Positions 56,707 to 64,000 of a stretch of 64,000 bases of DNA are shown here, in pieces. The DNA lies in NCBI GenBank assembly GCA_023205875.1, contig CP060762.1:682001-746000 (forward strand), written 5' to 3'. Positions within the stretch are counted from its first letter, which is position 1; the number at the start of each line of letters is the position of its first letter. The position numbers and the translations under genes are program-made. Below the pieces are notes generated by a model. It saw nothing but the letters and a program-made list of their open reading frames with translations, searched no databases and was not told the DNA's origin. This DNA comes from Chloropicon primus (Eukaryota).

Positions 56707-58422
56707 TCATGACGACTCTTTCAAGGCTTTCTTCTTCACTTTGAATCGCTCGGATGCGAACCACATGTTCACCTGTGTCGGCGTGAGACCGTACTCCTTC
56801 GAAAGGCCCTTCCTCAACTCCATCGCGGGCGTCGGGGTCTCCGCAAAGATCGTTCTGAACCTCTTCACGGCGTCCTCAGGGAATTTTGTGCGCTTGATAC
56901 CCGTTTTCGAGGCCTTCGACTTTTTGGAGCCTCCTGACTTTGAGGGCTTTTGTGGCGTCGGGGACCCGCGCAACGGATCCCATTCGTTGTCTGACACGAG
57001 CTCCCCCTCGTAAGCCTCCGTCTCCCCGAAGAGCGCCTCGTTCAGCTTCTTGTAGTCCACCCTCTTGCGCCTCCTCTTGCCTTCTACCAGCTCTACCACC
57101 TCCTCCTCCTCGTCAATGTCCGTGTACTCCTCGTCCGAGGGCAAAGGGGGCGTCCACTCATTCCTGATACCGCGCCTGCCATCCGCCTCGCCCTCCTCGG
57201 AAGAGGAAGCACCGCTCCAGTGCCCCCGGCTGTCGTCGTCCGAGGAGCTGCCACCAAAACTCATTGCATCCCGGAAGGTCCCAGGGGTCTGATCGCTGGA
57301 GCTTGGCTCGAAGTCCTCGTCCTCGCTCTCTTCTGAGGGCAGATCCATCTGCAAAAAGTCGGGGCCGCCGTTTCCACTCTCGCCGCCCCCACTGGATCTG
57401 CCTTCCCTCCTCGCCTTCCTCCCCGGCGCAGCGTCCGAGTCCGAGTCCTCCGGCTTGGCGCTGTAAATCGCGTGCCAGGGCACCTCCAGAGGCATCGCAG
57501 TTCCCATGAGGTTGTTCAAGTAGTACACGCAATCGGCCTTGGCGCAACACGAGGGGCACAGCCAACCCTCGTCATCAGGGGGCAAGTCTTCCAGTTTCAG
57601 CGGGGGGTCTAGGCACTTCTGATGGTACGCCCTGCCGCAGAAGCCGTCACACAGGATGATGTCGTTGCCGTCGGGGGCGTCTACCCCGAGGCACTTGGCG
57701 CAGAAGATGTCCTTCTCGTCCAGCTGCCCGCTGGCGGTGTACTTCTCCCTGGGAATGGCCATGAAGCCGCCGCCCTCTTCGATGAACTTCATGTTGTCCT
57801 GTATCACGGTCTTGGCCTGCTCGATAGCGTTCCTGGCCCTCTCGAGCTCACCCTTGGGCTTGAGCTTCTCCTTGCTCGCGCCTCGCCAGCCCTCCATCTC
57901 GTAGGTCTCCAGCAGCCAAGTCTCTTTCTTGATTCTAGAAATCTGGCTCATGACCCTCCTCTTCGCCTTCTCGAAGGGGTTCACCTCCTCCCGAGGATCG
58001 TCCTTGGCGGCGCGCTTCACGCTGGTCCTCTTCCTCCCCTCCTTCTCCAGCTGCAGTTGAAGCAGGGTCTCGTCGGTGTAGTATCCGCACGCGCTGCAGC
58101 CGTTGGGCGCGCGCCTGCACTTTGCACAGCCCAAACCCCTTTCCCCCCTCTTCGCCACCCGAGAAAGCTTCACCTTCTTGTTGGAAGTCGATGCCCAACC
58201 CGAAGTGGACGCGCTCCCGTGCTGCGTTCTCTCCCCCGCGGGCTCGGCCGGTCTTGCACCATTCGCCAGGCTCGTTCTCCCTTCCCCTTGGTTGTCCATC
58301 CCTCCCTCCTCCTGCCCCCCGTTACCCATCGAGGGGATCGGGACGTCCACACTCCTCCCGTTTCCCTGCGTCCTCCTCGCCCACTCCACCGCCCCTCTCA
58401 TCTTCTCCGTCATCGTCCTCAT
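56707..58422 (-). CDS. PHD-finger homeodomain protein (HAT3.1/PRHA-like)
   Basis: YEMEGWRGASKEKLKP..ELERA, IFCAKC..NDIILCDG.CGRAYHQKCLDPPL..WLCPSC, RRRKRVDYKKL, C-terminal homeodomain QVNMWFASER. Confidence 0.9.
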   Translation of the reverse strand: MRTMTEKMRGAVEWARRTQGNGRSVDVPIPSMGNGGQEEGGMDNQGEGRTSLANGARPAEPAGERTQHGSASTSGWASTSNKKVKLSRVAKRGERGLGCAKCRRAPNGCSACGYYTDETLLQLQLEKEGRKRTSVKRAAKDDPREEVNPFEKAKRRVMSQISRIKKETWLLETYEMEGWRGASKEKLKPKGELERARNAIEQAKTVIQDNMKFIEEGGGFMAIPREKYTASGQLDEKDIFCAKCLGVDAPDGNDIILCDGFCGRAYHQKCLDPPLKLEDLPPDDEGWLCPSCCAKADCVYYLNNLMGTAMPLEVPWHAIYSAKPEDSDSDAAPGRKARREGRSSGGGESGNGGPDFLQMDLPSEESEDEDFEPSSSDQTPGTFRDAMSFGGSSSDDDSRGHWSGASSSEEGEADGRRGIRNEWTPPLPSDEEYTDIDEEEEVVELVEGKRRRKRVDYKKLNEALFGETEAYEGELVSDNEWDPLRGSPTPQKPSKSGGSKKSKASKTGIKRTKFPEDAVKRFRTIFAETPTPAMELRKGLSKEYGLTPTQVNMWFASERFKVKKKALKESS

Positions 58423-58900
58423 CTTCCTCGACCTCGATCTCGATCTCGATCTCGATCTCGATCTGGCCCGTCCCTCCGAAAGAACCTCTCCCCCACTCCT
58501 TCTTCGAACAATTCCGCACGCCAGCGAGCGAGTCCTCCCCCTATCGACCCGCCTCGTCCCCTCTCCTCTGGCCGCCTTCCCCTCGTTCCGTTCCGTTCCG
58601 ATCCGATCCCCTCTCGATCTGGCCCCGCCAATTCAATTGGCCTTGCTCGACCCCACCGCAACAAAAAGAGCTCGAGCGCGCGCGCGAGAGAGAGGGAGCG
58701 TGTCCAGCTCCAAGCGCTTCCTCCCTCGTGCGTGTCCTCCTCCTCCTCCTCCCTCTGGCGCGGTGCGATTGATCGCCCTGCTCCGCCCTCTCAGGTGCGC
58801 GCGAAGCGAAGCGTTGTTTGAGTGTCCAGTGTTTTGACCGTTTAGAGGCCAAACGAAGGAAGGCCAAGGTGGCAGGGTGTCCCTGGAGTCAAGACAACGA

Positions 58901-59228
58901 CAAGGCAAGACATACCGCACAAGAAGCAAACAAGGTAGCGTGCCAGGAAACACCACAACAACAACACACACACACACACAGCAGCAAGAACAACAACAAC
59001 AACACCGCTATACCTCGCTTGGGTTGGCTTGGGTTGGCTTGGGGACCAATAAACAGAAAACCAAGATACCAGGAGCGAGGCCAAGAGGAGGCCTGGGGAG
59101 TCAAGGCAAGACACACCGAACAAGGCAGCCAGCCAGGAAGCACACAACACCACAACGACAATCACAACAACAACGCCAGGGAAGGGAACACGCTGGCTTG
59201 GGTTGGCTTGGGTACCGAGAATACCAAG
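58901..59228 (+). repeat. Degenerate direct duplication in the divergent intergenic region
   Basis: caaggcaagaca.acc..gccagga..CA-rich..gcttgggttggcttggg.acc..accaag occurs at about 58901-59066 and 59102-59228. Confidence 0.65.
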
Positions 59229-59497
59229 GGGGCACAAGGCCCAGAGGAAGTGGAAGTGGACAACCTGGAGGGGTTCACTTTGGTGGGGTGACCTGAGGGC
59301 GAGGAGGAGAAAGCGAGGGGACGCCACCTTTGGTATTGGCCTGGGAAGCGGAGAGGAAGGAGGTGGTGGGAATTCAGAGACGCCACGCAAGGAGTCTGAC
59401 CCTGCCCTGCTGGAGAAGGAGAACCCGGGGGAGTGAGCGAGTGTCAGAGAGTGGGCGGTCCAGGCAGAAGGGGACCTGAGTGAGTGAGTGCGCAAGG

Positions 59498-60862
59498 ATG
59501 GAGGAGGACTCGCCGGAAGGGTGGTACTACCTCGGGACGGACGGTGCCGAGAATGGACCGCTTAACTTTCGGATTATCAGGGCCCACCTGAGGCTGGGCA
59601 CGCTGCCTGTAGACATACCCGTGTGGAGGGAGGGGCTCCGCGACTGGACGGAGGCCAAAAACATCAGCTTGTTCCGCAACATGGGCGGAGGGGTCGCTGG
59701 AATGCAGGCTCCGAGCTCTCCCCTCGTGGAGGAGACGGTGAGGGGGGTGGCGAACGGGATATACGACGCGAAGACGAACTACGTCACGGAGGGGGGGACG
59801 CCCTTGTTCCCCAGCACGCCGGAAAGGAGGTTCCTGTTGCACCAGGACAGGCACGACGGGAAGAAGTATCCCTCCACGAGCACGTCCAACTTGGCCAAGG
59901 GCTCTGCCGGCAAGCGGCAGGCGAGAGGGGGCGCGAACAGTTGGGCCACAATTCGGGGCGGCGAGTGGTTTTACTGCAGCAGGGAAACGAAGGAGCCCAG
60001 GGGGCCGGTCTCCACCGCCAAGTTGATCGAGCTGGCCAAGAAAGGGATCTTGACGCACGCCTCGTGGGTGTGGAGCGAGGAAGAGCAGCCTTTTTGGGTC
60101 AAATTCAGCGAGTGCACCAAGTTCAAGGACCTCGGCGTCGTCACCGCGACTGGCGGTGGTCCCAGGGAAAAGGGGGCCTCCCAAGCAATGCCAAGGGGGG
60201 CGGCGGCGAGGAGCTACAGGTCGCACGGCCGCGACAGCGATGCAGAGAACGAACCTCCTGCGTCGCAGCCACTGCAGCAGCAGCAGGCCAGGAAGAGGCA
60301 CGCCAGGCACAAGAAGAGAGGCTCCGGCACCTTGAAGCACAAGCAAGCCTCCGGCTCGAGCGCGAAAAGGGGCGGGCGGGGGAGGTCGTCCCATCGGGCG
60401 TCCCCCGACGGCGGCGGCGGGAGCGGTTCGTTGGGAATGGACAACGGCATCTTTGAGGACCTTGCCGCCTTTGAGCGCGAGAATGAGCTGGAGCGGGCAA
60501 ACTCCGAGCTCCAGAAGGCCCTCTTCAACGCCGGTACGAAGGAGTCCAAGCTCCGAGAGTACAAGAGCAAGATCAAGCTCCTGAAGGAGGAGCTCAGGAT
60601 CCGGGACGAGCAGATCTCTAGCATCTCGGTGGAGAAGAGCCAGGGCCACCAGGGCGAGAACGGGGAAGAGTCGAGCCTTTTGCGCGCTCAGCTGGACATG
60701 GCCGAGCTGAAACTCCGCGAGCAGGACCGCGTCCTGGAGCAGAAGAACGAGGACATCAAGCGGCTGGAAATCACCGTGGCGGAGACAGACTCCGAGCTCA
60801 CCAAGGCGAGGATTGCCCTGTCCAAGGAGCTCTCCTGGCTGCTGGAGGAGAACGCTCAGTAA
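59498..60862 (+). CDS. Tandem GYF_2 (DUF4339) domain, coiled-coil protein
   Basis: WYYL....ENGP..VWREGLRDW and WFY......RGPVS..WVWSEE..W; long C-terminal heptad region. Confidence 0.8.
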   Translation: MEEDSPEGWYYLGTDGAENGPLNFRIIRAHLRLGTLPVDIPVWREGLRDWTEAKNISLFRNMGGGVAGMQAPSSPLVEETVRGVANGIYDAKTNYVTEGGTPLFPSTPERRFLLHQDRHDGKKYPSTSTSNLAKGSAGKRQARGGANSWATIRGGEWFYCSRETKEPRGPVSTAKLIELAKKGILTHASWVWSEEEQPFWVKFSECTKFKDLGVVTATGGGPREKGASQAMPRGAAARSYRSHGRDSDAENEPPASQPLQQQQARKRHARHKKRGSGTLKHKQASGSSAKRGGRGRSSHRASPDGGGGSGSLGMDNGIFEDLAAFERENELERANSELQKALFNAGTKESKLREYKSKIKLLKEELRIRDEQISSISVEKSQGHQGENGEESSLLRAQLDMAELKLREQDRVLEQKNEDIKRLEITVAETDSELTKARIALSKELSWLLEENAQ

Positions 60863-61191
60863 CAGTAACGGTTGTTCAACAGCGTTGTCGTTGTCCTCAC
60901 CGGAACCTGACGTCAAACCACTTTATCCCGCCAACGTATTGGACCTTCTATTTCTCCATCCCATCCCTTGTAAGACGTTGAGAGTATTCCACCCCAGTTC
61001 CCCTTCCCCTCCCCCTCCCCCCCGTTCCCGTTCCCTCCTCCTGTCCCCCCTTGCCCTTGCCCTCCATTGTCCCCCTTGCCCCTCCATCCTTGTCCCTCCT
61101 CGCGATTTAGGGTTCGGCCGCGGCGCACGAGAGAGAGAGAGAGAGGAGCGCACGAGGAGGACAGGAGAGACAGAGACAGAGAGCAGAGACG

Positions 61192-61487
61192 ATGAGCGGT
61201 GCCGGGAACAGGTACGTCGTCGTCCCGACTGTCACCGTCTTGGCGGTCATAAAGAACCGCCTCACGGGGGCGAAGAAGGGTCACCAGCTCCTCAAGAAGA
61301 AAGCAGACGCACTCAATATGAGGTTCCGGCAAATATTGAAGAGAATTATGGAAACAAAGGAAAAGATGGGAGTTTCTCTCAGGGAGAGTAACTTCGCACT
61401 CACCGAAGCCAAATACACCGCAGGTGATTCGGTGAAGCACACCATCGTGGACTCCGTCAAGGTCAGTCAGTGATTCCCATCATCATC

Positions 61488-61518
<31 letters not shown>

Positions 61519-62167
61519 TCGTGATACCATTATCCATTATCAAATTATCGTTCTCGCTCTGCTTGTCTGTCGCTGCAGGCGAACTCACGCGAACTCGACT
61601 TGTTCTGTCTGTCCGTGTGTTGGTTTGCGCTCGTCTGTGCAGGAGGCTAGCGTGAGGGTTGCCGCCCGGGAGGACAACGTGGCCGGTGTGAAGGTTCCCG
61701 TGTTCGAAAGGAATGACTTGGACAGTTCTCAGGAGAAGAACTCGGAGCTGTTCGGACTCAGCAAGGGTGGGCAGAAGGTTTCCAGCGCAAAGGACTCTTT
61801 CCAAAAGACCATGGATCTGATGATCGAGCTCGCGAGTCTTCAGTGCGCCTTTGTGACCTTGGACGAGGCCATCAAGACCACCAACAGAAGGGTGAACGCG
61901 CTGGAGCACACTATTATACCGAAGCTGGAGAACACCATCTTGTACATCAAAGGGGAGCTCGATGAGCTCGAGAGGGAGGAGTTCTTCCGTCTGAAGAAAA
62001 TTCAGGGAAAGAAGCAGGAAGCGAAGGAAAGGCAAGAGAAGGAAGACAAGGAGAAGGAGTTGGCGACGCTCTCCAACGGGAAGCAGGTCGACCCTTTTGC
62101 TGGCGCGGGCAACCTCGGGGACCTCCTTTCTAGTCCAGGCCTCACGGATAACGACATCATCTTCTGA
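61192..62167 (+). CDS. VHA-D: V-type proton ATPase subunit D (2 exons)
   Basis: Intron 61462-61642. [63 protein letters not shown]. Confidence 0.96.
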
Positions 62168-62375
62168 GCGCGTGAGTGAGGGGAGAGAACACAACCACCG
62201 AGCGAGTGCCGCTGGTCATTGTATATTTAGGAATTGAATTGTGATACACGTTACTATACTCTTACTTTGTCAAAACAGTTTAGTACACCACTAGTATATA
62301 AGAATGAGGCTCGGCCGAGCACGAGGAGTGACCTCCCTCTCCCTCGGGCCGAGCCGAGACCGCCCGCTTCCCTTG

Positions 62376-62756
62376 CTACCTCTTCTCGTGCCTCTTGAGG
62401 CGATCAAAGTGGAGCTCCTTGAGCACCTGGTTGATCTGCAAATATTCCTGCAAGTGCCGGAGCTTGTCCTCAAAGGGGGAGGCTTGGTAGTTGTTCCCGC
62501 TCGCCGCTAGCGGCGGCGTTCCAACGTTCGGACTGAGTTGGTCGAAAGATTCCGAGGCGTGGAGTCTCTGCACCTTTTGCGTGAGGTGTTCGAGGGAGGT
62601 CTCCTTGTCCTGTTCGTGTTGCCTCGTCCTCTTCCTCGCCCCGGGCTGAGGCGAGGTGAGCGTCGCCGTCGTCATGGACCCCTCCCTCCCAGAGCAACCC
62701 ACCTCCTCCTTCCCCTTCCCTCCAACAGAAGAACCAGAAGAAGAGTGTCGCACCAT
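62376..62756 (-). CDS. Small protein with NLS-like motif and FAM104/VCF-like C-terminal helix
   Basis: 126-aa ATG ORF containing RKRTR and C-terminal EYLQINQVLKELHFDRLKR. Confidence 0.6.
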   Translation of the reverse strand: MVRHSSSGSSVGGKGKEEVGCSGREGSMTTATLTSPQPGARKRTRQHEQDKETSLEHLTQKVQRLHASESFDQLSPNVGTPPLAASGNNYQASPFEDKLRHLQEYLQINQVLKELHFDRLKRHEKR

Positions 62757-63023
62757 GCAAACAATCCTCCTCCTCCTTCTTCTTCTTCTTCTCCTGTACG
62801 CGTATGCTCAAGCACCGTGCCAAGCGCAGCGAGCCCGAAGCGAGGCTCGTCTCGTGGAGGCTCGGATGCTGATGCTTTCCTTTCGTCGTCCCGTCCTTCC
62901 TGTCCTTCACTCGTCACTCGTCACTGGCCTCCTGCCTTCAGGCTCGACTGGTTCGCGCCGAAAAGGGAAGGAAAAGGAAGCGGCAGAGCGGAGGACGACG
63001 ACAACGACAACGACAACGACGAC

Positions 63024-63563
63024 ATGCAGGGTGGCGCGCAACTCCAACTCCCTTACGACGTGTACGTCACGATAGCCAGTAAACTGGCGGAGACCGCAAC
63101 CCGGCAGGAGTGCGTGGACTATTCCTTGGTTTGTAAAGCATTTCGTCAGGGGTTCCAGGTAAGAATCCGCAACATGAAATCAGACCATGCATGGGATGTA
63201 TGGGGAGAGAACCGTGACGAGACAATGGAGGAAGCAGAACGGAAGTTTGAAGAACTGGTCGATTCACTCGAACCACGGCAAGGCCTAGAGGGTTATGAGG
63301 CGGACGACATACTTTACGAAGCATACCAATCCTCGTCGGATGGCATCGACAAGGAGTGGTTGGATTGGCGGGTAACGGCAGCGGGTAGGGACTTTTTCAA
63401 GCTCTACTGTTCATTTTGTCAGAGGTGTTTTCACTACTTCGTCAAACACGAGGTCTATTGGTACAAGAGAGCGTGCGTTCCAACAAATTTGTATTCCGCA
63501 TGCGCCAATTGCCGAGAGATCCCTGAAGTAATGGATGCTGTTGCGGGTGAAGAACACTTGTGA
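63024..63563 (+). CDS. Small F-box-like protein with Cys-rich C-terminus
   Basis: QLPYDVYVTIASKL..YSLVCKAFR; CSFCQRC..C..CANC. Confidence 0.6.
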   Translation: MQGGAQLQLPYDVYVTIASKLAETATRQECVDYSLVCKAFRQGFQVRIRNMKSDHAWDVWGENRDETMEEAERKFEELVDSLEPRQGLEGYEADDILYEAYQSSSDGIDKEWLDWRVTAAGRDFFKLYCSFCQRCFHYFVKHEVYWYKRACVPTNLYSACANCREIPEVMDAVAGEEHL

Positions 63564-63624
63564 TTTAAGATCTCTGGAGTCGAGGAATGGATGACGCAAC
63601 GCAAGGCATGGGCTGAGGAGGCGA

Positions 63625-64000
63625 TTAACTTGGCTTGTTGGTGTTCTGAGACTCTTCTTTAAGCTCAATCCACCGGGAGAAGTACTCAGTGGAACGGAGA
63701 GTGTTGTGCCAAAAGGCGTTTCCCGTGTAATCGTTATCTCTCATTTTCTGCAGCGTGGCCCGCCTCTCCTCGATGGCCTCCCCCACCACCGAAAGGTTCG
63801 CACGCCTGTCGAAGTTTTCGGACAGGATTCGAAGGCCATCCTGGCTCGCCTTCTCCCAAGTCTCCTTGTCTTCGTGCAGCAGCACCGCGGACTCGGCAAA
63901 CTCGGAGGCCGTGGTGGCGGAGCCGAGCCCGCCCCAGCCCCCCGAGTCGAGGAGGCCCTCCGAGCCCACGGGCGTCGTGCACACGGGCGTGCCGAAGGAC
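63625..64000 (-). CDS. Glycosyltransferase (GT4-like) C-terminal fragment; 5' part beyond the window
   Basis: GTPVCTTPVGSEGL, W..ASQ.G..IL, TG..FWHNTLRSTEYFSRWIELK. Confidence 0.65.
   Translation of the reverse strand, partial: SFGTPVCTTPVGSEGLLDSGGWGGLGSATTASEFAESAVLLHEDKETWEKASQDGLRILSENFDRRANLSVVGEAIEERRATLQKMRDNDYTGNAFWHNTLRSTEYFSRWIELKEESQNTNKPS

Noticed and set aside
53438..60916. ORFs 53438-54793 (+), 57622-58821 (+) and 59444-60916 (-)
   Set aside because: Antisense shadows of the PPR, PHD-homeodomain and GYF_2 genes.
1..64000. Prokaryotic origin or bacterial contamination suggested by bacterial-type domains
   Set aside because: Frame-consistent spliceosomal introns and eukaryote-specific genes (VPS20, PHD-homeobox, PPR) are interspersed throughout.

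Overview
Compact, GC-rich, intron-containing eukaryotic nuclear DNA. It has short GT-AG introns with CTGAC/CTAAC branch points, TGTAA poly(A) signals, plastid-targeted proteins and TTTAGGG/TTTTAGGG repeats. This points to a small marine green alga (Chloropicon-like; an inference from sequence style only). I count 29 protein-coding genes, mostly in head-to-head and tail-to-tail pairs with very short gaps, and see no rRNA, tRNA, CRISPR or transposon. Highlights: (1) a giant secreted or surface Ig-fold protein of more than 5,250 aa (IPT/TIG + cadherin-like + filamin repeats) that the ORF track misses because it runs off the left edge; (2) an intronless receptor of about 1,880 aa with two bacterial-type Venus-flytrap domains, a TM helix, an apparently active kinase and a class III nucleotidyl cyclase, with a second multi-TM guanylyl-type cyclase about 6 kb away; (3) the PSI and PSII assembly factors PSA2 and LPA3 head-to-head, with their start regions forming a 59-bp inverted repeat; (4) a possible FAM104/VCF-like p97 cofactor; (5) a divergent COP1/RUP-type WD40 protein; (6) a 58-bp hairpin minisatellite. 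Exon boundaries were read by eye and checked for frame continuity. Family assignments come from remembered motifs, not database searches.
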